This document shows positions 8,403 to 18,361 of a DNA stretch of 64,000 nucleotides, one piece after another. The first letter of the stretch is position 1, and every line of letters begins with the position of its first letter. The position numbers and the translations under genes were made by a program. The notes beneath the pieces were generated by a model. It did no database searches. It worked only from the letters and a program-made list of their open reading frames with translations, and was not told where the DNA came from. This stretch comes from Anaerolineales bacterium (GTDB lineage Bacteria; Chloroflexota; Anaerolineae; Anaerolineales; Villigracilaceae): the NCBI GenBank assembly GCA_034433295.1, contig DAOUAS010000019.1, positions 3,713 through 67,712 of the forward strand, in the 5' to 3' direction.

Positions 8403-8441
8403 AGACCTGACAGGTTCGCTTCGCGAAAACCTGTCAGGTCT
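8403..8441 (-). other. 14-bp-stem hairpin overlapping the dus stop codon
   Basis: agacctgacaggtt (8403-8416) pairs with aacctgtcaggtct (8428-8441). It lies between two same-strand genes. Confidence 0.6.
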
Positions 8442-9393
8442 CAATGACAGTATAGACCTGATTGAGCATTTCGAGAAACTCCGCCGACGGCATGGGCTTG
8501 AGAATTTGCTTGCGCGTTTCGCGGTCAAGGGTTTTCATCAGTAAATATTGAACGGCGTATTTGCGGAAGAGCCGCTGCCCATCCTCTTCGCCGTAGAACT
8601 CGACGCTCTTCGCCAGATGCTTGCGGACAGTCTCGCGCACCTGTTCGGCTGTGACCTGCTCGCGATTCAGTTTTGAAAATATCCACGGGTTGGCAAGCGC
8701 GGCGCGACCGATCATCACCGCGTCACAGCCTGTGTGACGTTTCATCCGCTCGATGTCTTCGACCCGCTTCACGTCACCGTTGCCGATGACTGGGATTTTG
8801 ACCGCAGCCTTGACCTCGGCAATGGCGTCCCAGTTGGCATTGCCGCCGTAGCTTTGCTCCTTTGTCCGCCCGTGGATGGCGATCAGCGACCCGCCGCATT
8901 CCTCGACGATACGGGCGATGATTTTGTAGTTTTGATTCCGCTCCCAGCCGAGGCGGATCTTGCCCGTGACAGGGACTTTGAGCTTGGCGCTGAGCTTCTT
9001 GAATGTCCGCGCAATTTTCAGCGGGGACTTCATCATGCCGACGCCCGCGCCGCGATGCGAAATAGTCTTGGCGGGACAGCCCATGTTCACGTCGATGAAA
9101 TCTGGCCCCCACTCCTGCACGATTAGTGAGGCTTCCAGGATTTTGTCTGGATTGTCGCCATAGAGTTGAAAGGTGACGGGTCGCTCGACTTCCTGAAAGT
9201 AGAGTTTCTTTGCGGGTTGTTTCGACTTGCTGAGAATTTTCTCCACCTGCACGAATTCGGTATAGCTCATGGCGGAGCCGAACTCACGGCACAGCGAGCG
9301 GAATGGCCAGTCGGAGTAGCCGTCCATCGGCGCGAGAATCGCGTCGCCGTGGATGGGGATGTCGCGGATGTAAAAAGCGGGGGAGTTAGTCAT
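8434..9393 (-). CDS. tRNA-dihydrouridine synthase
   Basis: Dus-family motifs DVNMGCPAK, AIHGRT and VIGNGD. Confidence 0.92.
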   Translation of the reverse strand: MTNSPAFYIRDIPIHGDAILAPMDGYSDWPFRSLCREFGSAMSYTEFVQVEKILSKSKQPAKKLYFQEVERPVTFQLYGDNPDKILEASLIVQEWGPDFIDVNMGCPAKTISHRGAGVGMMKSPLKIARTFKKLSAKLKVPVTGKIRLGWERNQNYKIIARIVEECGGSLIAIHGRTKEQSYGGNANWDAIAEVKAAVKIPVIGNGDVKRVEDIERMKRHTGCDAVMIGRAALANPWIFSKLNREQVTAEQVRETVRKHLAKSVEFYGEEDGQRLFRKYAVQYLLMKTLDRETRKQILKPMPSAEFLEMLNQVYTVIET

Positions 9394-9539
9394 TGGTTAC
9401 TCGATACGGATAAAGTTATTTTTCAAGTATACCTGCTTTGTAGCTGAATCGCTGACTCGTTGATTCGCCGAATCCCAAAACTCCTCTCGCCAACTCCACC
9501 TGCCTGTCATATAATCAAAGTGATTGGGATTTCTTTTCA

Positions 9540-9595
9540 TCCTTCGACTACGCTCAGGACGAACCTTCATCCTTCCTCTTTCATCCTTCGTCCTT
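9540..9595. repeat. 24-bp dispersed repeat copy 2 plus ttcatcc-type low-complexity tail, directly upstream of the TIR gene
   Basis: tccttcgactacgctcaggacgaa followed by ccttcatccttcctctttcatccttcgtcctt. Anchored by codons of track ORF 9524. Confidence 0.8.
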
Positions 9596-10153
9596 ATGTC
9601 ACGACCTCTCCGCGTTTTCCTTTGCCATTCCTCCAAAGACAAAGCCGCCGTGCGCGAGTTGTATCAAAAATTGCGCGCCGAGGAATGGATTGACCCTTGG
9701 CTCGATGAAGAGAAGTCATTGCCAGAGCAGGATTGGCGCGAGGAAATCGAAAAAGCCGTTGAAATTGCGGATGTGGTGATTGTCCTCTTATCGAAACAAT
9801 CCGTCTCACAGGAGGGATTTGTCCAGCGCGAATTGAAACTTGCGCTGGATGTCGCAAACGAAAAACCAGAAATCACGATTTTTATCATCCCTCTGCGTTT
9901 GGACGATTGCCCCGCCCCCCGCCGCTTGCATGGTTGGCATTATGTGGACTATTTCCCTGAAAACCGAAAGCCTTGGGTCATAGAGCGCTTGATTGCCAGC
10001 TTGAAAGTGTGGGCTGAGACGCTTGGCATAACGACTGATACAAAGCAAGAACCAAAAAAGGCAGCGTCCGCCTCTACACAGGAAAAGAAAGCGCCCGAAG
10101 TCAAAGTTGCTCCGAGAAAGCCTTTTACTAGCTTACTTTTGCAAGAGGTCTAA
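9596..10153 (+). CDS. stand-alone TIR-domain protein
   Basis: RVFLCHSSKDKAAVRELYQKL...ADVVIVLLSKQSVSQEGFVQRELKLAL matches the TIR_2-type pattern, including the conserved Glu. ATG 9596 chosen because the upstream extension is repeat-encoded. Confidence 0.8.
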   Translation: MSRPLRVFLCHSSKDKAAVRELYQKLRAEEWIDPWLDEEKSLPEQDWREEIEKAVEIADVVIVLLSKQSVSQEGFVQRELKLALDVANEKPEITIFIIPLRLDDCPAPRRLHGWHYVDYFPENRKPWVIERLIASLKVWAETLGITTDTKQEPKKAASASTQEKKAPEVKVAPRKPFTSLLLQEV

Positions 10154-10243
10154 TGGACGCCTGTCACCGACCAAAGTTGCCCAAAGGGGAATGGCGTGAA
10201 GGTTGTATAATACGTCCGCCAAATTCAAATCATTGGAGTCGCT

Positions 10244-11560
10244 GTGAAATTTGAAAAAATCTGTGTTGTGGGGCTTGGGTACATCGGACTCCCCACTGCG
10301 TCCACCTTTGCCACACATGGCATCCACGTTCTTGGTGTGGATATCGATCAGCACGTCATCGAAACCCTGAACCGGGGTGAAATCCACATTCACGAGCCGG
10401 GTTTGCATGACGCTGTCAAAAGAGCCATCCAGTCTGGCAATTTCAAAGCCGCCGCAAAACTCGAAGAGGCGGATGTCTTCATTATTGCCGTGCCGACGCC
10501 GTTCAAAGAGGATAAACTCGGCGAGTACAACGGTATGACCTACAAGCTGGCTGACATGCGCGCCGTGATCTCGGCCGCTGAAGCCATCGTCCCGTTTTTG
10601 CGGAAGGGGAATCTTGTGATTTTGGAATCGACCTCACCGCCGCGTACCACCGTTGACCTGGTCGCCCCCATCTTGTCGCGTTCCGGACTGACGGCTGGCC
10701 GCGACTTCCATTTGGCTTATTCCCCCGAACGGGTCCTGCCGGGACAGATCATGCGCGAGTTGATCGAGAATGCGCGCGTTATCGGCGGCGTGTCTCCCGA
10801 ATCTGCACAGGCAGGCAGCGACCTGTATGCCACCTTTGTCCAAGGGCAGATCATCCAAACCGACGCGACTACCGCCGAGATGGTCAAGATCATGGAAAAC
10901 ACCACCCGCGACGTGAACATTGCCATTGCCAACGAATTTGCCCGTCTTGCCGAAAAATTTGGTGTGGATGTTTGGGAAGCCATCCGTCTTGCTAACCTTC
11001 ATCCCCGCATCAACATCCTCAATCCGGGGCCGGGTGTCGGCGGCCACTGCATCAGCGTGGATCCCTGGTTCTTCGTCGAGTCCGCGCCCGAAATAACTCC
11101 GCTCATTCATCATGCGCGGCTTGTCAATGATACCCAGCCGCATTTCGTCATCGACAAGGTGAAGCAGGCTTTGGGCGACTTGAAGGGCAAAAAGATCGCC
11201 GCACTTGGGCTGGCCTACAAACCGGATGTGGACGACCTGCGCGAAAGCCCAGCAACGGAAGTGGTTCATCTCCTCCAAAAAGAAGGTGCTCAAGTCAAAG
11301 CATGGGAGCCGTTCAAGCCGTATGCCGATATGCGTGGTATCTACATGGCTTCCAGTCTGGAAGATGCGATTGCCGATGCCGATATGCTGTTGCTGTTGGT
11401 CAATCACACCGAATTCAGGCAGTTGAATCCAGATAAAGTCGCCGGGAAAACAAAATCCCGTCTTCTCATCGACACCGTCAATGGCTGGGATGATGTCGCA
11501 TGGAAGAATGCCGGTTTTGATGTGCGCGTCTTGGGCGTTGGAAAGGTGCGCGTTGCGTAG
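10244..11560 (+). CDS. wecC: UDP-N-acetyl-D-mannosamine dehydrogenase (UDP-sugar dehydrogenase family)
   Basis: N-terminal Rossmann motif KICVVGLGYIGLPTA, catalytic-region GGHCI, and adjacency to wecB. GTG start. Confidence 0.85.
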   Translation: MKFEKICVVGLGYIGLPTASTFATHGIHVLGVDIDQHVIETLNRGEIHIHEPGLHDAVKRAIQSGNFKAAAKLEEADVFIIAVPTPFKEDKLGEYNGMTYKLADMRAVISAAEAIVPFLRKGNLVILESTSPPRTTVDLVAPILSRSGLTAGRDFHLAYSPERVLPGQIMRELIENARVIGGVSPESAQAGSDLYATFVQGQIIQTDATTAEMVKIMENTTRDVNIAIANEFARLAEKFGVDVWEAIRLANLHPRINILNPGPGVGGHCISVDPWFFVESAPEITPLIHHARLVNDTQPHFVIDKVKQALGDLKGKKIAALGLAYKPDVDDLRESPATEVVHLLQKEGAQVKAWEPFKPYADMRGIYMASSLEDAIADADMLLLLVNHTEFRQLNPDKVAGKTKSRLLIDTVNGWDDVAWKNAGFDVRVLGVGKVRVA

Positions 11561-11566
11561 CCGCCC

Positions 11567-12700
11567 ATGAAAATTCTGTCTGTTTTTGGTACGCGTCCGG
11601 AAGCCGTGAAAATGGCTCCCATTGTCACTCTGCTTGCCCAGACCGCGGGAGTGGAATCGCGAGTCTGCGTCACCGCGCAGCACCGCCAGATGCTCGACCA
11701 GGTTTTGGAATTGTTTGCGATAAAACCCGACTATGATTTGGACCTGATGCGTGAAGACCAGACCATGGCGCAGATTAGCGCCGGTATTTTTACGCACCTC
11801 GACCCCATTCTTGCAGACTTCAACCCCGACTGGGTGCTGGCGGTTGGCGATACTACAACGGTTGTCACCACATCCTTGTTGGCTTTTTACCGCAAAATCA
11901 AGTTTGGCCACATCGAAGCGGGACTCCGCACCCACGACAAATGGCATCCCTTCCCGGAGGAAATCAATCGCAGGCTGGCCACCGTCACCGCTGACCTGCA
12001 TTTTGCGCCAACGGAATGGTCGCAGGGGAACTTGTTGCGCGAGGGCATTGAACCCGAAAAAATCTTTGTCACGGGGAACCCCGTAATCGATGCGCTCAGG
12101 TTTGTTTCTGTCCAGCCCGAACCGAGGGAAGTCAGCCGGTTGCTGGTGGAAATACCAAAACCGGGCAAATTGATTCTTGTCACCGCCCACCGCCGCGAAA
12201 ACTTCGGACAACCGCTCGAAAATATCTGCCGGGCGCTCAAGCAAATTGCAACCCGCGGTGATGTGCATATTATTTACCCTGTTCATCTCAACCCGAATGT
12301 GCAGGAGCCTGTCAACCGTATTTTGGCCGGTATAAAAAATATCACCCTCCTGCCTCCGTTGGATTATCTTCCGCTGGTGCATCTGATGAAACATGCAACC
12401 CTTATTCTGACTGACTCTGGCGGAATTCAAGAGGAAGCCCCTTCATTTGGCGTGCCTGTCCTGGTCATGCGGGAGACGACCGAACGCCCGGAGGGAGTGG
12501 AAGCGGGGTCCCTCAAACTGGTTGGAACGGAAACCAATTCCATTGTCCGCGAAGCGAAACTGCTACTGGAAGATGAATCTGCATATGCCAGAATGGCAAA
12601 GGCGGTCAATCCGTACGGGGATGGCCATGCGGCGGAGAAAATTATCCAGTGCCTGCTGGATGCTGGAAACCGATCTCCTCGGTTGTTTTCAAAATTGTAG
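11567..12700 (+). CDS. wecB: UDP-N-acetylglucosamine 2-epimerase (non-hydrolysing)
   Basis: MKILSVFGTRPEAVKMAPI, HIEAGLRT and TDSGGIQEEAPSFGVPVLVMRETTERPE are canonical WecB motifs. Confidence 0.93.
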   Translation: MKILSVFGTRPEAVKMAPIVTLLAQTAGVESRVCVTAQHRQMLDQVLELFAIKPDYDLDLMREDQTMAQISAGIFTHLDPILADFNPDWVLAVGDTTTVVTTSLLAFYRKIKFGHIEAGLRTHDKWHPFPEEINRRLATVTADLHFAPTEWSQGNLLREGIEPEKIFVTGNPVIDALRFVSVQPEPREVSRLLVEIPKPGKLILVTAHRRENFGQPLENICRALKQIATRGDVHIIYPVHLNPNVQEPVNRILAGIKNITLLPPLDYLPLVHLMKHATLILTDSGGIQEEAPSFGVPVLVMRETTERPEGVEAGSLKLVGTETNSIVREAKLLLEDESAYARMAKAVNPYGDGHAAEKIIQCLLDAGNRSPRLFSKL

Positions 12701-12942
12701 GGTATAAAAAGACGGCTATATGCTACACTGTAAAAAATGAAAGACGTTTCGTGTAATTGGAAATTCACTCAAAGTTCAGGGTGTCAAATCACAGGTTAAA
12801 TAGGCAACCATGATCGCCAGATTGCTGAAAACCGTATATATGATGTCGTACGATTTCGCACCTGGCTATAGTCAGGCATGTTTTCTTTATGCGGAGACCA
12901 ACCTGTAATGAGCAAAAAAAACTGAGTATAATAAGGTTAACC

Positions 12943-13890
12943 ATGGCACGCCGTTTTCTTGCAGTTTTTATTACGCTTTGCCTGCTCAGCACCGGTTGGG
13001 CGCCTGTTCGTGCGCAGACTCAGACTACGGAGCCGAAATATTTCAGCGAGACCGGACATAATGTAAAAGGGGATTTTCTAAAATTCTATAACAGCAATGC
13101 CAATGCTGTTTTTTTGTACGGGTATCCCATTACGGAGGAATTTACAGCAAAGAACGGCAGGGTGGTGCAATATTTCCAGCGCGCGCGTTTTGAATATTGG
13201 CCCGACCTGTCCGAAGGACAGCGGGTAGTGGTAACCCCGCTGGGGCGCGAGACGTACGTCTCCACAGGACCGCTGGGTGTATCGAATGCCTTTGCCTGCC
13301 GTACCTATACAGAGACCGGCTTTCCGGTATGTTTTGCCTTTCTTGAGTTTTTCGATCAATATGGCGGCGTAACCCAGTTTGGATATCCCATATCGGGATT
13401 TGAGTATCACGAAAATAAAATAGTCCAGTACTTCGAGAAGGCGCGCATGGAATGGCAGCCATGGAAAGCCGAGGGACAGCGGGTGGTGCTTTCAGACCTG
13501 GGACGAACGTACTTCGACAAACAAGGCGAAGACCCCGGACTGCTTTCACCGGTCAAGCCTTTGAATAATACCAGCACCAATATCGTTAATTTACAGGTAC
13601 GCGCTTTTGTCTGGAAGGCTGTTACCCTTGCCTCTGACTCACAGTTGATCTTTGTCATTGTGCAGGATCAAAATCTCCAGCCTGTGGCAAACGCCAATTG
13701 CGCTACACAGACGAACTGGCCCGACGGGCGCGCCGACACCACCGCTTTGAAGACGAATACCAATGGCGTGGGGATGGTGCCGCTTTCATTTACAAACCAG
13801 CCTTATGGAGGTTTGATCTACGTAAATGTCGCCTGTGACTATAACGGTTTCAGCGCCAATACCACAACCTCATTCAGAATTTGGTATTAG
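12943..13890 (+). CDS. secreted protein with internal repeats
   Basis: Signal peptide MARRFLAVFITLCLLSTGWAPVRAQ. The unit F..F......GYPI(T/S).E.....VQYF(Q/E)(R/K)AR(F/M)E(Y/W) recurs. Confidence 0.65.
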   Translation: MARRFLAVFITLCLLSTGWAPVRAQTQTTEPKYFSETGHNVKGDFLKFYNSNANAVFLYGYPITEEFTAKNGRVVQYFQRARFEYWPDLSEGQRVVVTPLGRETYVSTGPLGVSNAFACRTYTETGFPVCFAFLEFFDQYGGVTQFGYPISGFEYHENKIVQYFEKARMEWQPWKAEGQRVVLSDLGRTYFDKQGEDPGLLSPVKPLNNTSTNIVNLQVRAFVWKAVTLASDSQLIFVIVQDQNLQPVANANCATQTNWPDGRADTTALKTNTNGVGMVPLSFTNQPYGGLIYVNVACDYNGFSANTTTSFRIWY

Positions 13891-13910
13891 AGGTTATCGC
13901 CACGGAACAA

Positions 13911-13937
13911 AAAAGGCGCGATGAGCGCCTTTTAGTT
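13911..13937 (+). terminator. rho-independent terminator
   Basis: aaaaggcgc gatga gcgcctttt, 20 nt after the stop codon. Confidence 0.7.
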
Positions 13938-14348
13938 TGCGTTTCTTTGCGTTTTAATAATGGCGGGGAGCGCATTGTGTTTACTTTGCGAACTATTTCT
14001 TGTACAGTGTGAATGCCACCCAGCCGAGGTTGAAGAAGAATACTGTGGGGTCGAGCAAACCATCAGGGGACGCCGAGACTCGACGCGGCAGAAAGCCGGC
14101 ATGGTGGAAAATCCAGCGGGGGACGGAAGGTTGATTGGCGGACCTGATTTACTCCTTTAGGGTTGGCGGACTTGGACTTGAACGCCTTCAGCTTCTCTGC
14201 GCGACAAAAAATTTCCGCACAGAATTTTATGTCTGTCGGTATAGTCTCGGTGAATTCGATGCGCGCTTCGGTTTGGGTCATTGTTTGCATGGCTCGCTCC
14301 TTTTGGGAAATTCTATCTGCTGAAACCGCAAAAATGGTTAATGACGAT

Positions 14349-15053
14349 TTAACCGCCTTTCTTGCCCATCAAAATCATGGATGTGATGATGACTACATCC
14401 TGTACGAAATGAATCGCCCACGCGATGAGAAGTCCCTGCGTTTCGATGAGACTCAGCGCCAGCAGCCAGCCGAGGAAGCCCGCCATCAAAACGCCGACGA
14501 TTCCGCTGGGTTGCCCAAAATAGTGGGGAAGCCCAAACAGCACGCCCGAAATAAGCAGGATGACTGATACGGATAAGGTTCCGTAAAGCGGCGAGACAAT
14601 TCCGATTCTGAAAATCGCTTCTTCGGAAAATGCATTTGCCATGGAAAATGGAATGGACCAGAGCAGGCTAAACAGAAAGTAGCGATAATTTGCGCCTGAT
14701 TTTTTCAACTGGAAGAACATGAAGATGCCTGTGCCGAGGGTGATGAAAATTCCAATGCTGGTGGCAATCTCCAGCCAGGTTTCGTTGCCTGTGACTCCAA
14801 GCCAAGCAATTTTGCTAATGTGTGCATTGACATCACCTACGCGGAAGAAGCGGGCAAAGTTTTCGGGGTTGAGCAGGTAGGTCAGTAGCAAAACAACGGC
14901 GGCTAGAATCAGTTGCAGGGATTGAAATTTGATTTGGTGATCCACCGTTTTGTCGGTGTGGAAGACGGTTTTGATTTTGGCGGTGACAGGTCGCAGGGAG
15001 AAAATACCTGCAATGCTGAGAACAATGATTGGGATGATGATATATGCAGCCAT
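14349..15053 (-). CDS. CPBP-family intramembrane metalloprotease (CAAX protease/Abi type)
   Basis: Motifs FSEEAIFRIG, GLPHYFG and WAIHFVQD on a polytopic membrane scaffold. Start at ATG 15053, 2 nt after the upstream stop. Confidence 0.8.
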   Translation of the reverse strand: MAAYIIIPIIVLSIAGIFSLRPVTAKIKTVFHTDKTVDHQIKFQSLQLILAAVVLLLTYLLNPENFARFFRVGDVNAHISKIAWLGVTGNETWLEIATSIGIFITLGTGIFMFFQLKKSGANYRYFLFSLLWSIPFSMANAFSEEAIFRIGIVSPLYGTLSVSVILLISGVLFGLPHYFGQPSGIVGVLMAGFLGWLLALSLIETQGLLIAWAIHFVQDVVIITSMILMGKKGG

Positions 15054-15055
15054 AA

Positions 15056-15904
15056 TTATTGCTCTGCTCCGTTTTGTTTCATCCGCCGTTGATAGAGGAG
15101 CAGTCCCGCCGCGCCCATCAGCAGGGACGTGATGATTCCTTCGTTGGTGGGGGTGAAGAGGACACCCGTCACACCTTTGGCTTCGATGAAGCCGTTCATC
15201 AATAGCGGCATACTGACGGCGTTGATGACACAGTGTAGAAGAAAAACTGTCCATGTGGATTTGCTGATGAGCCGCAGTTCGCCGAAAAGAATGGCGGTGG
15301 GGAACATGACGAAGAAGCCGATGGCGAGAAAGACAGGGATGCTGGTGGTCAGGGCGCTTTCCAATGTGGCGCGGTCAAGAAAATAATAATAGTACGGCAG
15401 ATGCCACGACCACCACAAAACGCCCGTGATGAGATGATTCAGCATTGGGTGGATTTTTGTCGCATCGAGGCGCGGGGTGAGATAACTGCGCCAGGCAAAT
15501 TCTTCGAAGAAGTTTTTCATCAGCGAGCCGACGAACATAGTGCCGACGATAGCGAAATACGCGCCGAGGCCTTGCTCGGCAAAGCCATCAGCGGAGATAA
15601 AGCCGAAGAGGGAACCCAAGCCAAAAGTCAGCAGAGCGGCGAGCGGATAGACCAGAATCGCCGCAACATACCACCCAAAGCGTGAGGGCAGATTCAGCCC
15701 GAAGCCAGAATCCTTCCAGCCATCTCCACCCAAAGCGCGGAGTAAAAATCCCGCCAGCGCGGGCGACATCAGCCAGACCAGCGCGCCCAAACTTTGCATG
15801 GGCGGCATGATGCTGCCAGTGACCTGGTTGAGACAGATGCCAAGCCAGCCGCCGACGACGGTGAAGAGCGAGAAAATAATAATATTGCGAACGATTTTGT
15901 TCAT
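15056..15904 (-). CDS. CPBP-family intramembrane metalloprotease, second copy
   Basis: Motifs FEEFAWRSYLTPRL, WWSWHLP and FLLHCVINA. Start at ATG 15904 (MNKIVRNIIIFSLF). Confidence 0.8.
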   Translation of the reverse strand: MNKIVRNIIIFSLFTVVGGWLGICLNQVTGSIMPPMQSLGALVWLMSPALAGFLLRALGGDGWKDSGFGLNLPSRFGWYVAAILVYPLAALLTFGLGSLFGFISADGFAEQGLGAYFAIVGTMFVGSLMKNFFEEFAWRSYLTPRLDATKIHPMLNHLITGVLWWSWHLPYYYYFLDRATLESALTTSIPVFLAIGFFVMFPTAILFGELRLISKSTWTVFLLHCVINAVSMPLLMNGFIEAKGVTGVLFTPTNEGIITSLLMGAAGLLLYQRRMKQNGAEQ

Positions 15905-16024
15905 GGTTCCTCCGTTGGTGATTTTATCCGATGTGTGACTTACGCAGGTTGCCTGCAAAAGTTTTGGAAACCCTGGTTTTGCTGGTGGTAAAATTCAAAA
16001 AGAAATTCAATTCGGAGAATCAAA

Positions 16025-17239
16025 ATGAAAACCCCTGTCATTGTCGATGCAATCCGCACGCCCGTTGGCGCATTGGGCGGCGCGCTCGCTTCCGTCCGTC
16101 CCGACGATTTGGCGGCGCATGTGATCAAGTCCATTCTCGAACGAAATTCGTTTGACCCCGCGCTGGTTGAAGAAGTTTTTATGGGATGCGCGAATCAGGC
16201 GGGGGAGGATAACCGCAACGTGGCGCGCATGGCGGCGCTTCTCTCTGGTCTGCCGCTGGAAGTTGGGGGTGTGACCGTCAACCGACTCTGCGCCTCGGGC
16301 TTGAACGCGGTCAATATGGCGGCCCGGGCAATCAAAGCGGGCGAAGGCGAAATCTACATCGCAGGCGGGGTCGAGTCGATGAGCCGCGCCCCGTATTCTT
16401 TGCCGAAGGCGGAGTCAGGCTTTCCGTTTGGAAATCTCACTGCGTACGATACCGCGCTTGGCTGGCGCTATCCAAATCCCAAAATGAAGGAGATGTACGG
16501 CACAGACGCAATGGGCGAGACGGCGGAAAACATTGCACGCGAACGCCCGCACATCACCCGCGAGAAGCAGGATGTCTTCGCCGTGCGCTCGCATCAACTG
16601 GCGGTTGCTGCCATTGATTCAGGACGCTTCAAGCAGGAGACTGTGCCTGTTGCCATTCCCCAAAAGAAAGGTGATCCGAAACTCGTGGAAACCGACGAAC
16701 GTCCGCGCCGCGACACGACAATGGAATCGCTTGCCAAACTCAAGCCTGCTTTTGCAAAAGAAGGCGGCACGGTCACGGCTGGAAATTCATCGGGATTGAA
16801 CGACGGCGCCGCCGCTTTGCTGGTGATGAGCGAAGAAACCGCCCAACGCCTGAGCCTGAAACCGCTTGCAAGAATTGTGACCTCCGCCTCGGCCGGGTTT
16901 GCTCCGCGTGTGATGGGCTATGGTCCCATCCCCGCCACTCAAAAAGCCCTTGCCCGCGCTGGCTTGAAAATCGGCGACATCGGTTTGATGGAGTTGAACG
17001 AAGCCTTTGCCGTGCAAGCCCTCGCCGTTATCGAAGGCTTGGAGATTGACCCTGAACTGGTCAACGTCAATGGCGGCGCGATTGCCATTGGACATCCGCT
17101 TGGCTGTTCGGGCGCGCGCATTTTGACCACGCTGGTTCACGAGATGCAGATTCGCGGAAACGTCAAATACGGCATGGCGACTTTGTGCGTGGGCGTCGGT
17201 CAGGGTGAAGCGACGGTGGTGGAGTATCTTGGGTTGTAG
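16025..17239 (+). CDS. acetyl-CoA C-acetyltransferase (thiolase II)
   Basis: [12 protein letters not shown] (active-site Cys), NEAFAVQ and [11 protein letters not shown]. Confidence 0.93.
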   Translation: MKTPVIVDAIRTPVGALGGALASVRPDDLAAHVIKSILERNSFDPALVEEVFMGCANQAGEDNRNVARMAALLSGLPLEVGGVTVNRLCASGLNAVNMAARAIKAGEGEIYIAGGVESMSRAPYSLPKAESGFPFGNLTAYDTALGWRYPNPKMKEMYGTDAMGETAENIARERPHITREKQDVFAVRSHQLAVAAIDSGRFKQETVPVAIPQKKGDPKLVETDERPRRDTTMESLAKLKPAFAKEGGTVTAGNSSGLNDGAAALLVMSEETAQRLSLKPLARIVTSASAGFAPRVMGYGPIPATQKALARAGLKIGDIGLMELNEAFAVQALAVIEGLEIDPELVNVNGGAIAIGHPLGCSGARILTTLVHEMQIRGNVKYGMATLCVGVGQGEATVVEYLGL

Positions 17240-17242
17240 TGT

Positions 17243-17298
17243 GTTGAAGGTTGAAGGTCAAAAGTCAAAAGTCGGGTCGACCTTCGACCTTTGACTCT
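17243..17298. repeat. intergenic low-complexity repeat patch
   Basis: ttgaagg x2 and tcaaaag x2, then gtcgaccttcgacctttgactc. gaaggtc and gaccttc form inverted arms. Shares the accttcgac core with 4210-4238 and 20920-20952. Confidence 0.7.
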
Positions 17299-17311
17299 AT
17301 CTGGAGTTGGT

Positions 17312-18319
17312 ATGAAAAAAATCCCGTTCATCTTGTTGGCTGTGTTTTTGTCTGCCTGTGCCGCGCCAGTCGTTGAACCTGCGCAGGTGATTCAGCTTAC
17401 ACCGACGGTTGTGCCAAGCCCCACATTCACGGCTATCCCGCCCACCGCTGTGCCGACGGAAGGATTTCCGACTTACACGCCGCCCACTGTGGAAGCGGGA
17501 CAGCCCATCGAGATTCGCTTTCCCGCCAATGGGACTTATGTTGATGTGTCTGACAACATTGTGACGGGCGGAAGCAAAACCTACCTGCTTAACGCCATGC
17601 AGGGACAAATTATGTCGGTTTCAATTCTGCCGCAAGCCGACGCTGCCAGCACAATTTCGATGCAAATCAAAGGCGCAGATGGGAGCGTGCTTTGCCCGAA
17701 AGTTGCCGACGAGCAATGTCTGTTCTGGCGGGGAATGCTGCCCGCTTCGCAGGATTATTTCGTCACGCTCACACCCGATGGCAGGGGATTGCAGTACGTG
17801 ATGCGGGTCGCCATCAATCCGCTGAACATGGGATTTCAATATTTCGATTTCAAGCCCGCCGCAGGACTTTCCCTGACTTACCCCGACACCTTTGCGCCCG
17901 CGCTTCCCGTGCAGGGAAATTACAAAACCGAACCCGTATTGACCCTGCAATTAATCGAGACAGACCTGTATGAAAAGTCTAACCTGAGCGAAGTTTATTT
18001 GATGTTCAGTTCGAGCATCGACTCGAAGGTGGTATCCACCTGCACGGAGCCGAATCCAAACGGCGGCGGTCCCGAATATCCCGCTGACGAAGTCACTGTC
18101 AACGGGTTAACCTTCGTCCACACCACAGCCGAAGGCGCGGGCGCGGGCAACTACTATCAGCAGGAAATTTTCCGCACGGTTCATAACAACTCCTGCAATG
18201 AAGTGATTTTCTACATCCACTACACCAATGCCGCCAATTACACGCCGGGAACCGTGACCGAGTTCAACAGGGGTGCGGTGATGAAAAATTTAGAGGCGGT
18301 GTTATCGATGCTTAAGTAG
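17312..18319 (+). CDS. hypothetical lipoprotein
   Basis: MKKIPFILLAVFLSAC lipobox. No recognisable family. Confidence 0.6.
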   Translation: MKKIPFILLAVFLSACAAPVVEPAQVIQLTPTVVPSPTFTAIPPTAVPTEGFPTYTPPTVEAGQPIEIRFPANGTYVDVSDNIVTGGSKTYLLNAMQGQIMSVSILPQADAASTISMQIKGADGSVLCPKVADEQCLFWRGMLPASQDYFVTLTPDGRGLQYVMRVAINPLNMGFQYFDFKPAAGLSLTYPDTFAPALPVQGNYKTEPVLTLQLIETDLYEKSNLSEVYLMFSSSIDSKVVSTCTEPNPNGGGPEYPADEVTVNGLTFVHTTAEGAGAGNYYQQEIFRTVHNNSCNEVIFYIHYTNAANYTPGTVTEFNRGAVMKNLEAVLSMLK

Positions 18320-18361
18320 GGCTACAGCAGCGTTGTGTCTCTACTATGCTAAAATTAACCT

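Noticed and set aside
9596-10153. The TIR protein as part of a Thoeris-type defence operon
   Set aside because: There is no ThsA-like (SIR2/SLOG/macro) or other effector gene next to it, and the flanking genes are housekeeping. I report it only as a solitary TIR protein.
10634-12430. A 598-aa ORF on the minus strand spanning both wecC and wecB
   Set aside because: It is antisense to two genes with unmistakable family motifs. Its translation is Arg/Gly/His/Gln-rich with no recognisable domain and it crosses a gene boundary. This is a typical shadow ORF of GC-rich DNA.
12701-12942. An AT-richer 240-bp intergenic region with a TATAAT about 13 nt before the ATG of the secreted repeat protein, considered as a riboswitch or ncRNA
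   Set aside because: I could find no conserved structure or known motif. It is probably just a promoter region, so I did not call it as a feature.
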